Assembly: GCA_951406725.2 (NCBI GenBank)
Contig: OX597829.1
Coordinates: 3,720,001 to 3,784,000, forward strand
Length of the DNA stretch: 64,000 nucleotides
From: Octopus vulgaris
Taxonomy: Eukaryota
Reading direction: 5' to 3'
Shown: piece by piece, positions 37,433 through 51,057 of the stretch
Layout: every line of letters begins with the position of its first letter
Numbering within the stretch: the stretch's first letter is position 1
Translations under genes and position numbers: made by a program
Notes under the pieces: model-generated
What the model was told of the DNA's origin: nothing
What the model saw: only the letters and a program-made list of their open reading frames with translations
The model's database searches: none

Positions 37433-38919
37433 CAAGTGAAAGAAAATTGAAAGTGTTTTCGTATTAATTTATTTATCAAGGTCATGGAGAAATGTGTATA
37501 GGTTTTTCATTATATAATCTGTATTATATCATCAATATTGTATGGCACATAAAAAGCACCATCCGAACATGGCCGATGCCAGCACCGCCTTGACTGGCTT
37601 CCATGCTGGTGGCACGTAAAAAGCACCAATCTGATCATGGCTGTTGCCAGCGTCCCCTGGCACCTGTGCCGGTGGCACGTAAAAAGCACCCACTACACTC
37701 ATGGAGTGGTTGGCGTCAGGAAGGGCATCCAGCCACAGAAACACTGCCAGATAAGACTGGAGCCTGGTGCAGCCTTCTGGATTCCCAGATCCTGGTTGAA
37801 CCGTCCAACCCATGCTAGCATGGAGAACGGACGTTAAACGATGATGATGATGATGTTAAATGGTATATTTAACATGTAAAATCACAAGCATGGGTTGTGT
37901 GGTTAAGAAATTTACTTTCCAACCACATAGTTTAAGGTTCAATTCCACTGCATGGCACCATGTGCTGTGTTTCCTATTTCCACTCCAGGTCTTGTGAACA
38001 GATTTGGTAGATGGAAACTGAAAGAAGCCCATTGAAAAAAATATATATTTATTAAAGTCGTATAATTTTCATGAAACATTGTCTGATGTAAATAAATATT
38101 TCAATTTTTTTTTAGCCCCCAAAAATCCAGGTTATAACATTGATAAATCAGGTCAAGGATTAGTACTTTTACATGGCGGTGAACGATGACGATAGTGATT
38201 ATGATGATGATGATGATGATGCTGTCCACTTATCCATGCTTGTATCGATCAGGTGGAGATCATTGAGGCAGATACACTTCCTATCTCTAGCCCTACCCTG
38301 TCTCCATGCAAGTTGGTATTTCCCAATGGCCAAACGTATTCTCATATTCGGAAAAGAATGACACTGCTTGTATGACAGTGACACTCATCTACAACTATCA
38401 CGTGATGTCAAGACAAGGAGACACAAACGTACTCACAAAGAGAGCTGTGTGTTGGTGATGGTGAAGTTGGAACTTCTTTTAGTTTCTGGATTTTTCTGGC
38501 TACTAAATCCACTCACAAGGCTTTGGATTGCCTATGGCTATAGGACAATAACAGAAGACACCTGGTCATGGTGCATCTCAGTGGGATTGAACCTGAAACT
38601 ATGTGGTTGAGAAGCAAACTACTTAACCTCAAAACTTTACCACCCTATCTATGGTAAACTGTCGAAAACAAACAAGTTGAAATGTGAATGTGATACAGCT
38701 GAAATAAAGAGTTATTTCCCTTTATTTGACGTTTAAAAAAAAATTATCTTTGCAGATTCAATCTTGCTGGAATGCCACCTTGAAGGGTTTATTTGAACAA
38801 ATTGCCTTCAGTACTTAATTTTTCCCCCAAACTCTGGTACATGCTCTATCAATGTTTTTCTTTTTTTTTTGCCAAACAGCTAAGTTAGGAGGATGTAAAC
38901 ATGCATTCAGTCATGACTG

Positions 38920-39805
38920 AGCAAAGGAGGCACAAATTTTGCTGTTACTCTTTTCATTCACAATTCCTCGCTCAAAATTCGTTGGCAGAAGCTCTGGGAC
39001 ACACCAGTCATATCAACAAGTTCATCATCAACTGTTCAGTGATGGTCCTCTGACATCAGTTCATGAATTTTCGTGGCTGATACCAGCGCTGCCTTGACTG
39101 GCTTCCGTGCCAGTGACACGTAAAAAGCACCAATCCGATCGTGGCCGTTGCCAGCCTCGCCTGGCACCTGTGCCAGTGGAACGTAAAAAGCACCAATCCG
39201 ATCATGGCCGTTGCCAGCCTAGCCTGGCACCTGTGCTGGTGGCACGTAAAAAGTACCCACTACACTCATGGAGTGGTTGGCGTTAGGAAGGGCATCCAGC
39301 TGTAGAAACATTGCCAGATCAGACTGGAGCCTGGTGCAGCCTCCTGGTTTCCCAGATCCCGGTCGAACCTTCCAACCCATGATAGCATAGAAAGTGGACG
39401 TTAAACAATGATGATGATGATGATGTTTTGATTCATTTGGGGAGGTTGACAGCCATCCTGAATGAGGTGACAATTCCTAAAGCATGGAAATCACTTGTAA
39501 ACTTGTGTTTTGGCTCATGGCAGTGGGCCTTGTAAGCTGTTTGAAGTATGACAACTATTTCAGTTACCGTTTTCCCCCAGCAGGAAACAGAATTTCATGG
39601 AAACACACTGTTCCTTTGTGTCAGCTATCGCAAAAATCGGTGAATAAAACAAAGATGCACCATGTGGCAGTATGACTTCCTTTGACGACGCCGGTCAGCA
39701 GACTGATGCCTGAGGGTTGCATCAAGTGACTTCTAGCTGCGGGAGCCTGAACTACAAGTCTTGTCCCACAGAGAACATTTCCAGTTACTTTTGGACACCC
39801 ATTCC
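38920..39805 (-). mobile_element. Degraded mariner transposase N-terminus interrupted by an RTE 3'-UTR insertion (about 39075-39425)
   Basis: Minus-strand pieces read KFCFLLG/KTVTEIVVILQTAYK, PHSGWLSTS (RSGRP-like) and VDDELVDMTGVSQSFCQRILSEEL. Confidence 0.65.
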
Positions 39806-40686
39806 TACATGTGTGTGTGTGTTTGCATTTTTCTTGACATCACATGATAGTTGTGAATGAGTCATACAAGCAATGTCATTCATTTCCAAATGTTCTGCAA
39901 CAACATGTCTGGCCATAGGGAAATATTACTTTGCTTGGATAGAGATGAGGGTTGGCAACAGGAAGGGCATCTAACTGTAAAAAAAATCTGTCTCAGTCAA
40001 CTCTTTCCTGTACAAGCATAGATAAGTAGATGTTAAAATGATGTCTCCACAGAATTTGAAATGGGTCGCACCAAAGTTCTTTTTTTTATTTATGTATTTT
40101 CTTTAGATCCTTACTCTCTATAGAACATAGACCATCAACAACTTTTCTTCACTTTTCTTCACTTTGGGTTATCTTTCCTCTTGTAAGTGTTGCTGGGTTT
40201 GAATTGTCATCGATGCTTCTATAACATTGCTTTTTTGTAGGTAGAGGTGTTTGCCCTATGTCTATCCTCTGGGAAGAGGTGATCCATGCTAGCCTAGCCT
40301 CTGTTCTTTGACCTATCTAGCATAGGAGGAAGCATAACCAGGAGTATGTGCTCCACGTACTACCACAAGGATTGGGTCCTTGCTTGGCATATGCTGTCCA
40401 GCCATAGTATCCATCTGCATGGCAATTGGCAGCAGCACTGACAGATTTGCCATTCTGGAGTATTGCCTCAGCACCACCCTGTTCGACTTGTTTGTAAAAA
40501 TGGAAACAAAAAGAACCATTTGTGTGCTCAGAGGGATGTGCTTTGTGGAGCAGCTGTCACACTCTGATCTATTGAGTCTCTTATTGCAAACGATGCAGTA
40601 CATTCATTTACCACCTAAGTACAAGATTTAATTGGAAAATCTCACCCTTCCTAATTCCTGGCCATGGACCTCAATTAGAATCAGTT

Positions 40687-40718
<32 letters not shown>

Positions 40719-41201
40719 TACCACCACCATTATCATTTCAAGGCGGTGAGCTGGCAGAATTGTTAGCATGCTGGATGGAATGCTTAGCAGTATTTTGCCC
40801 GTCGCTATGTTCTGGGTTCAAATTCTGCTGAGGTTGACTTTGCCTTTCACTCCTTTTGGGGGTCAATAAATTAAGTACCAGTTATGCACTGGAGTTGATG
40901 TCATCGACTAGTCTCCTCCCCTCAAAATTTCAGACCTAGTGCCTATAGCAGAAAGGATTATTATTATTATCATCATTATTAAGGTGGCCAGCAGGCAGAA
41001 TTGTAAGCATGCCAGGTGAAATGCGTAGCAGTATTTCATCTGCCATTACATTCTGAGTTCAAATTCTGCTGAGGTCGACATTGCTTTTCACCCTTTCGGG
41101 GTTAATAAATTAAGTATCAGTCGGACAATGGGGTTGATGTAATCGACTCATCACTTCCCCCAAAATTGCTGCCATGTGGCAAAATTCAAACCATCATCAT
41201 G

Positions 41202-41237
<36 letters not shown>

Positions 41238-41500
41238 GTTATTGTTATTGTTGTTGCAGTGAGCTGGCAGGCTTATTACTGCATTAGACGAAATACTTAG
41301 CAGTATTTCCTCAAGTTCTTTACTTTCATAGTTCAAATTCTGCCGAGGTCTACTTTGCCTTTCATCTTTGTAAGAGTTGATAAAATAAGTACCAGTTGAT
41401 TAGTTAGTACTGGGGTGGATTACATTGACTTACCCACTTCCTTGAAATTACTGGTCTTGTGCCAAAATTTGTAACTTATTATTATTGTTGTTGTTGTTGT

Positions 41501-41571
<71 letters not shown>

Positions 41572-41974
41572 AAAGAAGAAAGCAGCAGCTGGCAGAATTG
41601 TAAGCACATTGGACAAAATGCTTAGTAACATTTCTTCTAGCTTTATATGTTTATCTTTCAAATTCTGCCGAGGTCATCTTTGCCATTCATCCTACTAGGG
41701 TTAGTAAAACAAGTACTAGTCTAATATTTGGGGTTGGTGGAATCAACTTCATTCCCCCATCAGAAGAGCTGGTTTTGTGCCAAAATTTGAAGAAATTATC
41801 CTTATTATTTATCATTCTATAGATTACTGTTCCTGCCAAGATCAAGTTTACTTTTATCCTTCCAGGGCTGATAAAATTTATACCAGATGATCACTGGGGT
41901 CAATTTAATTGAAGTATTCCTCTTCATAAAATTGCTGGCCTTGTGCCAAAAACTTTGGAATAATGTTTATTATT

Positions 41975-42295
41975 TTATATATAATGAAATTACTGTATAC
42001 AGTGCTCAGGTGCACCACAACTTGTCAGAAAGTGCGTATAAAGTATATGCAGTAATGTACAAATGTCTGGAAAGCGAACAATGTATGAGTCAGATACATG
42101 CTTGCATGTGTATGAAGGGGAGAAAATCAGGTGTAGTGTTGGCGAATCTCAGAAAGCATGGAAGTTTTGAAGGATGCAGTGCTCCAACAACTAACAACTG
42201 ATGCCGGCAGTCTGTTCCATGCTCCAGCAACTCTCAGCGTGAAAAAATGTTTCCTAAAGTCATGGAAGGAGCTGTGCTGTTTTCTGACTTTGTAA
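41975..42295 (-). mobile_element. CR1-clade LINE 3' end
   Basis: Minus strand reads HDFRKHFFTLRVAGAWNRLPASVVSC...FK, typical of the CR1 ORF2 C-terminus. Confidence 0.75.
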
Positions 42296-42325
42296 ATATA
42301 TTTTTTGCCTGTTTTTATTTTTCAG

Positions 42326-42434
42326 ATTACTTGCTCATGCAACAAGAGACCACATTGTGCGTGTTGCTAACGAAGCAGAATTTATTTTAACGCGTATGCG
42401 GGCAGAAGATGTGCAGAAACATGCTGAATTTGAG
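42326..42434 (+). CDS. NBEA: Neurobeachin DUF1088 exon ([36 protein letters not shown])
   Basis: tttcag|A acceptor, GAG|gtaaat donor; phase 2 to 0; conserved [14 protein letters not shown]. Confidence 0.97.
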
Positions 42435-42714
42435 GTAAATGTCATTCTGTTGTGCACGAGTAGCACAATACTCAGCTGTGCAAATATATTATTTTCGTTT
42501 CCTTTCTTCATCGTTATAATCATTTAATGCCTATTATCCATGCTGGCATGGTTTGACCATTTCACCAGATCTGATGAGTCACAGGAGACTGCATCAGGTT
42601 CCAGTGTCAGCTTTGGCTGGACCTCTGCAGGCGAATGCCCTTCCTAACACCAACCAATTTACAGTATGTACTGGGTACTATTTTTATGCACTGACACTAC
42701 ACTAGGGAGACTGT

Positions 42715-43087
<373 letters not shown>

Positions 43088-44162
43088 CAAGAGGACCCAT
43101 CCACCGCAGAAGAATTTATACTGGTGCTGGTGCTATGTAAGCACCCAGTACACTCTGTAAAGTGGTTGGCATTAGGAAGGGCATCCAGCCAAAAAAACCA
43201 TGTCTGGACAAACAACAGAGCCTGGTGCAGCTCCTGACCTCACCAGCTCCTATCAAAGCATCCAGCCTATGCCAGTATGGAAAACAAATGTTAAAATGAT
43301 GAATGTGATGAGGATAATATATGTATGTATCTCTCTCTCTCTCTAAGCCTCACTCTGTCTGTCTGTCTGTCTGTCTCTCTTTCAAATGCCACTTGCTTCG
43401 CCAAGACTTCCTCCACCCCCACCCTATATAAACTAGCGCATGCGCTTGGATTCTCCAACTCGATTCTTAATACCTCTGCCAGAGGAGACGAATCTCAGAA
43501 GATGCTCAGATAAGAAGCTTTGTCTTTTCAACCCCATTCATCTGTTCTTCTATCTCTGCACAGATCATAAAACCCCTCATTAGTTCCTTTCATTATTCTG
43601 TATATTTCATTACCATGTAAACATGTTAATATAGCTTCAATAGTTTCGTCTTCCTTGTTGTTGCCTTAAGGTAACCTTAGTTCACGCATGTCCTTAACCG
43701 CAACATATTCATTTATTCAAGTTTATCACACAGTCACTTATTTCTCCAATTTTGTCATAGATTTGCTGACCGAAAACGCTAAGATTTTTCAATTCTGTTT
43801 TACTATTATCAACATTTGCTCTTTCGTTAAATTATGTTACCCAAATCTCTAAAGAATATTTTTCTACCTCGTGTTCTGACCACCCTAATTCTGACACCCC
43901 CTCTCTCGCTTTGCCTCACTCTGACTGTCTGTCTCTCTCTCAGCCTCACTCTGTCTGTCTGTCTCTCTTTCGATTACAACTTGCTTCGCCAAGTGGTAAA
44001 ATGGTTGGCATTAGGGAGAGCATTAAACTGTAGAAACCCTGCTAAAGCTGACATTGGGGCCTGACACAGCTTTGTGGCTTGTCAGATCCTGTCAAACTAT
44101 CCAACCCATGTCAGCAGGAAAAATTGATTTAAATGATGATGACAATGATGATGATTATATAT

Positions 44163-44748
44163 CACCATCATCATCATCATCATCATCGTTTAACGTCCGC
44201 TTTCCATGCTAGCATGGGTTGGACAATTTGACTGAGGGCTGGCGAACAAGATGGCTGCACCAGGCTTCAATCTTGATCTGGCAGAGTTTCTACAGCTGGA
44301 TGCCCTTCCTAATGTCAACCACTCCGAGAGTGTAGTGGTGCTTTTACGTGCCACCGGCACGGGGCCAGTCAGGCGGTACTGGCAACAACCTCACTCAGGA
44401 ATATAGCATCAGTGGTGCTTTTCCCTGGCACGAAACCAAATTGCATCTCATCCAAACTGACTCTCTCCTTAATTAGTTCGGCTAAGACCCTCTCCGTGAC
44501 CTTCATTACCTGATCCGACAGCTTGATACCTCTGTAATTATTTGTTTCTAAAGCGTCACCTTTACCTTTGTAGCAGTTGACTATTATGCTGCTACACAAG
44601 TCATTGGGTATGACTCCTTCGTGTATCACCTGGTTAACTATACGGGTGACTAGGCTATAACCAACACTACCAGATATTTTGAGCATCTCTGCGGTAATTC
44701 CTGATGGGCCTGGGGCTTTCCCTGTCTTCATACTCTTAATTACTTTAT
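44163..44748 (-). mobile_element. Internally deleted RTE LINE: RT fragment joined directly to the 3' UTR and (GAT)n tail
   Basis: 44398-44748 is nearly identical to the RT segment near 52910-53262; 44163-44396 is the common 3'-UTR repeat in the same orientation. Confidence 0.85.
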
Positions 44749-45104
44749 CTATACATATATATATGTATATAGGTGTTGGTATGGTTGTTTGGTTAAGAAT
44801 TATCATTTGCAGTTATGTGGTTTCCTTGTGTATGCGTGTGTGTGTGTACCCTTGTCTTGATATTGTGATGGCTGTACAAGTGATGTTGTTTACTTAATCT
44901 TCCATAGAGTAGTATTTAACTTGCTTTGATATATGAGGGTTAGCAACAGGAAGGGCATCTGGACACACAAAAAAAATTGCCTCTGCAAATTCCTTCTGAC
45001 TCATACAAATATGGAAAAGTGGTGTTAAATGATGATAATGATCATGACAGTATTCTGTACAGTTACCATCTACCAATTCCATGCATATAATTGGATGTCT
45101 GAGT

Positions 45105-45460
45105 CTATTGTTGTTATTGTTGTGACCCCCTTCGGTCATGACACTGACCATGCGCTTGCACCTAGAAAGTTACCCTCCAAGGCATAAGCCTGGGCAAGGT
45201 TGTTTATGGAAGACCAGCAGTCACCTATGCATACCGGCCTCCCCTCTCCACACCACCAGTGTTATTCAAAGGAAAGGCTAAAGGGGCCGATACAGCTTGG
45301 CACCTGTGACGTTGCAACTCATTTCTACAGCTGAGTGAACTGGAGCAACATGAAATAAAGTGTCTTGCTCAAGAACACAACATGCAGCCCGGTCCGGGAT
45401 TCGAGCTCACAACCTCACGATCGTAAGCTCGATGCTCTAACCACTGAACCATGCACCTTC
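45105..45460 (-). mobile_element. Third tRNA-derived SINE family
   Basis: Minus strand has the tRNA-like head ggttcagtggttagagc...gctcgaatccc, a cttgagcaagacact core and a (CAA)n tail; related heads at about 19545-19700(+) and 54430-54740(-). Confidence 0.65.
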
Positions 45461-45883
45461 ACTCAATCTATAGATACCTAAGATTCCATATAATGAGATA
45501 GAAGTTTGGGAGCATGTGACAAAGCTATCTCAATGTTCATATATACCTAATGTGTGTATAGACAGACAGACACACAAACAGACAGCATACAGACGCAGAA
45601 ATAGACTGATGCACAGACAGACAGAGGCACAGACAGATAGAGTAAAAGAAGTCGTGTGTGTGTGTGTATATATGTATATATGTAATCTTAAATTGGCAGG
45701 TAATGTACTTGTATAAATTAAATCTTTGAAGAACAGAACATAGACAAAATCTTAAAGTTGCAAGTAATGTACTTGTATAAATATAATCTTAAAATAGTGG
45801 GTAATGTATTAGCAGATAAAGTAGCAGGTAATGTACTAGTGTAAACAGAATTAACTGAAATGAATTTCTTTTCTCTATTTCAG

Positions 45884-46050
45884 TCGCTTTGTGCCCAAAC
45901 TGTAGTTGAACGCAAAGAGGAAGAGAAGCTATGTGACCATCTTATAACCTCAGCAAAAAGACGGGACCATTCCATTGCTAATGTACTGCGAGAGAAGATT
46001 GTTAACATATTAACCAACAAACATGGTGCCTGGGGTACTGTAAGTAATAG
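45884..46050 (+). CDS. NBEA: Neurobeachin DUF1088 exon ([28 protein letters not shown]...[14 protein letters not shown])
   Basis: tttcag|TCG acceptor, AG|gtaagt donor; phase 0 to 2; conserved CDHLI and [10 protein letters not shown]. Confidence 0.95.
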
Positions 46051-46294
46051 GTAAGTGGTTATATTCAGGGCCTTATTGAAGAAAAACAACAGCTTCTAAA
46101 ATGTGACTAGCCACTTAACCCCTCCGCTCAACTTGTTCCCTAAGAATACATCCAGAAACCTCATCTTCACTTAGTGTCCATTTTCCAGGTATGGGTTTGA
46201 CTGGAAGTGGTAAGATAGAGAGCTCCATTCTGATATTCTCTGGTCTCTATGACTGGATGCCCTTCCTAATGCCAACCACTCCAAGAGTGTAGTT

Positions 46295-48275
46295 GGTGCC
46301 TTTTATGTGTCACCGGCACAGGTGTCTTTTATGTGTCACTGGCATGGATGGGCTTTGTGTCACTAGCACAGGGGTCTTTTATGTGTCACTGGTATAGGTG
46401 CCTTTTACGTGTCACTGGTATAGGTGCCTTTTATGTGTCACCAGCACAGGAGTCTTTTATGTGTCACCAGCACAGGAGTCTTTTATGTGTCACCAGCACA
46501 GGAGTCTTTTATGTGTCACCGGCACAGGTGTCTTTTATGTGTCACTGGTATAGGTGCCTTTTACGTGTCACTGGTATAGGTGCCTTTTATGTGTCACCAG
46601 CACAGGAGTCTTTTATGTGTCACCAGCACAGGAGTCTTTTATGTGTCACCAGCACAGGAGTCTTTTATGTGTCACCGGCACAGGTGTCTTTTATGTGTCA
46701 CTGGTATAGGTGCCTTTTACGTGTCACTGGTATAGGTGCCTTTTATGTGTCACTGGCACAGGTGTCTTTTATGTGTCACTGGTATAGGTGCCTTTTACGT
46801 GTCACTGGTATAGGTGCCTTTTATGTGTCACCGGCACAGGTGTCTTTTATGTGTCACCAGCACAGGAGTCTTTTATGTGTCACCGGCACAGGTGTCTTTT
46901 ATGTGTCACCAGCACAGGAGTCTTTTATGTGTCACCAGCACAGGAGTCTTTTATGTGTCACCAGCACAGGTGTCTTTTATGTGTCACTGGTATAGGTGCC
47001 TTTTACGTGTCACTGGTATAGGTGCCTTTTATGTGTCACCGGCACAGGTGTCTTTTATGTGTCACTGGTATAGGTGCCTTTTACGTGTCACTGGTATAGG
47101 TGCCTTTTATGTGTCACCGGCACAGGTGTCTTTTATGTGTCACTGGCATGGATGGGCTTTGTGTCACTAGCACAGGGGTCTTTTATGTGTCACCAGCACA
47201 GGAGTCTTTTATGTGTCACCAGCACAGGAGTCTTTTATGTGTCACCAGCACAGGTGTCTTTTATGTGTCACTGGTATAGGTGCCTTTTACGTGTCACTGG
47301 TATAGGTGCCTTTTATGTGTCACCGGCACAGGTGTCTTTTATGTGTCACTGGTATAGGTGCCTTTTACGTGTCACTGGTATAGGTGCCTTTTATGTGTCA
47401 CCGGCACAGGTGTCTTTTATGTGTCACTGGTATAGGTGCCTTTTATGTGTCACCGGCACAGGTGTCTTTTATGTGTCACTGGTATAGGTGCCTTTTATGT
47501 GTCACCGGCACAGGTGTCTTTTATGTGTCACTGGTATAGGTGCCTTTTATGTGTCACCGGCACAGGTGTCTTTACGTGTCACTGGTATAGGTGCCTTTTA
47601 TGTGTCACCGGCACAGGTGTCTTTTATGTGTCACTGGTATAGGTGCCTTTTATGTGTCACCGGCACAGGTGTCTTTTACGTGTCACTGGTATAGGTGCCT
47701 TTTATGTGTCACCGGCACAGGTGTCTTTTACGTGTCACTGGTATAGGTGCCTTTTATGTGTCACCAGCACAGGTGTCTTTTATGTGTCACTGGTATAGGT
47801 GCCTTTTACGTGTCACTGGTATAGGTGCCTTTTATGTGTCACCGGCACAGGAGTCTTTTATGTGTCACCAGCACAGGTGTCTTTTATGTGTCACTGGCAT
47901 GGATGGGCTTTGTGTCACTGGCATGGATGGGCTTTGTGTCACTAGCACAGGGGTCTTTTATGTGTCACCAGCACAGGAGTCTTTTATGTGTCACCAGCAC
48001 AGGTGTCTTTTATGTGTCACTGGCATGGATGGGCTTTGTGTCACTAGCACAGGGGTCTTTTATGTGTCACCAGCACAGGGGTCTTTTATGTGTCACCAGC
48101 ACAGGAGTCTTTTATGTGTCACTGGTATAGGTGCCTTTTACGTGTCACTGGTATAGGTGCCTTTTATGTGTCACCGGCACAGGTGTCTTTTATGTGTCAC
48201 CAGCACAGGAGTCTTTTATGTGTCACTGGTATAGGTGCCTTTTACGTGTCACCGGCATGGGTGCTTTTACATGTG
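46295..48275. repeat. 26-bp minisatellite, about 75 copies in several interspersed variants
   Basis: Period of 26 (46301 to 46327); units cttttatgtgtcaccggcacaggtgt, ...actggtataggtgc and ...accagcacaggagt. Confidence 0.96.
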
Positions 48276-48587
48276 ACCTCATCACTATTTTTGTCTCTTT
48301 CCAGCCACTTCCACCTTCTTTTCTAAAATGCATGTTTGACATCTGACTTCTCTTCAGCAAGAAACCTGTACTGCACTGGTCCTTTCTCACATGCTATTAT
48401 CACTTATATCCTGGTGCAAAACCACTCCTCAGGCTTTGTAGTCTTGCAAGCTGTATGACAGCGTCACTAGTGCTGGTAATGATTGCATTGTTCAATTAAA
48501 TAGAGCTTGAAACGGTCATACTGCATTACCTCTGGATATCCTGTTGCTTATTTTGATTTATATATATAAATATATATATATATATAT

Positions 48588-48739
48588 GGCTGTGTGGTAA
48601 GTAGCTTACTTACCAACCACATGGTTCCAGGTTCAGTCCCACTGCGTGTCACCTTGGGCAAGTGTCTTCTACTATAGCCTCGGATCGACCAAAGCCTTGT
48701 GAGTGGATTTGGTAGACAGAAACTGAAAGAAGCCCGTCG

Positions 48740-48794
<55 letters not shown>

Positions 48795-49048
48795 ATATAT
48801 GTGTGTGTGTGTGTGTGTGCGTGTGTGTGTGTGTGTGCGTGTATGTGTGTGTGTCTGTGTTTGTGCTCCTAGCATTGCTTGACAACCGATGCTGGTGTGT
48901 TTATGTCCCCGTCACATAGCGGTTCGGCAAAAGAGACCCATAGAATAAGTACTGGGCTTACAAAGAATAAGTCCCGGGGTCGAGTTGCTCGACTAAAGGC
49001 GGTGCTCCAGCATGGCCGCAGTCAAATGACTGAAACAAGTAAAAGAGT
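48588..49048 (+). mobile_element. CORE-type tRNA-derived SINE with an internal TA/TG microsatellite; representative copy
   Basis: ggctgtgtggtaag...ggttcagtccc head, ccttgggcaagt core, gtaaaaga tail. Full copy at 26860-27260(-); partial copies at about 29486-29645(-), 32802-32955(-), 5074-5228(-) and elsewhere. Confidence 0.8.
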
Positions 49049-51057
49049 ATATCACCTTGCTTTCCACCCCAGACTGACCAAATCATTGTGAATGGATTTA
49101 ATTGATGGAAAATTGAAAGAAATCCATCTTATATATGACAGGTTCCACATAGTGTCAGTCTCTCATATTGACTAACAAGGCATTGATCTGCCCAGGGGTT
49201 TAGTAGAGGAGACTTGACCAAGGTACTGCAGAGTGGGACTGAACCCCAAAACATATAGTTGCCAGATAAGTGTCTTAACCACACAACGATATCTGTACCC
49301 AAAAGACAAAAACAACAAAAGAATGTGAATTCTTTGCATCATTTTCCTTATAACGCCTTAGCTTTAATTTCAAAGTTTTAATCGTTTTGAATGACAACGA
49401 AATGATTATCTCCCTTGTAGCTGAGAACGTTAAGTGAACCACATATGAGAGAGATTTTACTTAAATCAGATATCTGAGATAAAATTAATCATATGGATTC
49501 AATATAACGCTTCCTATTGTATGAATAGTGACCTCCCTTGGGTTATACGACCTGCGATAGACACCTTACCAGTCTACTTGTAATTATCTAATAGTTAATT
49601 ATCAGTATCTTTGTCATTATGATATCCAGTCTTCTGTGTTTGCATGGGATGGACAGTTTATTGAGGCAGACTTTTTTTATGGTTGGATGTTCTTCTTGAC
49701 ACCAACCCTCAGTTGTTTCCAAGCAAAATAATAGAAAGTCCCATGGCCAGACGTGTTCTCACAGAATGCTGGAAATAAGCGACACTGCTTGTATGACTTT
49801 TGCATGCATTTGTGTCCTAATCACACATGATGCCAAGACGAGTGGACACAGACACATGCGAACGCACTTGGGTGCCAGTGCCATATAAAAAGCACCTGTG
49901 CTGGTGCTGTGTAAAAGCAACTAATATACACTGTAAAGTGGTTGGCATACAGAATGGTATACAACCGTAGTAAACCATGCCAATATAGGTTTGGAGCCTG
50001 AGCAGCTCCTCTCAAACTGTTCAACTCATACCAAGATGGAAAATGGACATTAAACAATGATGATGATGACACACCCATGAGTGCATCTATGTGCTTATAT
50101 GACAAGCTTCTTTCAGTTACCCATCTACCAAATCCACACACAAGGCTTTGGTTGGCCCAAATCTTGAGTAGAAGACACTTGCTTAAGGATCCATGGAGTT
50201 GGACCGAACCAGAAATCATGTGGTTGGGAAGCTGACTTCTTAGTTACATCTACTCAACCATGACTGTGAAGGTGTAACCCGATACTCATCATCAGCATAT
50301 ATAATGTCCAGTGTTTCGTGCGGGCACGAGGTGATTGGTTTTGACAGGATCCGACAGGTCCGATGGCTGCATTGTACTCCACTGCCCACTTTGGCATGGT
50401 TTCTGTTGCTGGATGACGTGTTAATAATGTTGATAATTTTGTTGCTTGTCTTGGCTACTTTTTTCATGTCACCAGCACTAGTGAGATCACTATGCAGTTT
50501 GAAAGACTATGAAGCATAAGGGAGGCAATTTATGCTAGGAAATGGGGGGTAAATGTATGAGAGAAGAGGCTAGAGCAGAACAGGTTTTTTGCTATAAATA
50601 ATCTCTGTGTCTACTCATATTTTAGGTTTGGGAGCATGACAGTATTCTGTCATGTGGTTAGGTTTAGGGCTGGATGGTTTTACAGGATCCAAGTCTACAT
50701 TATGGTTCACTGTCAACTTTAATATGGTTTCTATGGCTAGATGTGCTTCCAAATGCCAAACCACTTACAGACAATACGGGATGACTTTATTGTGAACTAG
50801 CACTAGTAAGGTCACAAGGCAGCCTGTAAGACTAAGATACTTTTTGACTGATTGGGGTCACATTTGAGAGGAAGGCATCTTTATATTACATGATGAGCAG
50901 CTTAAATATGAGAGAAAGGGGCCAGAGCATTATAAGTTTCTTTTTTCATTGCTATTCACATTTTAGAGATTATTAGAATGATCGTGGGGTGTTGTTGAAT
51001 ATTGTCTTTATTAATTATCTTGGCATCTAAATCCTGTTATTTTGTATTTTATTGCAG

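Noticed and set aside
42571-42600. CTGATGA-GTC...GAC hammerhead-like start
   Set aside because: No GAAA follows stem II, and it lies in a degenerate RTE-UTR-like repeat.
46333-48346. Cys/His-rich ORFs resembling zinc fingers, or a CRISPR array
   Set aside because: They are translations of the 26-bp minisatellite (period not a multiple of 3) with no spacers.
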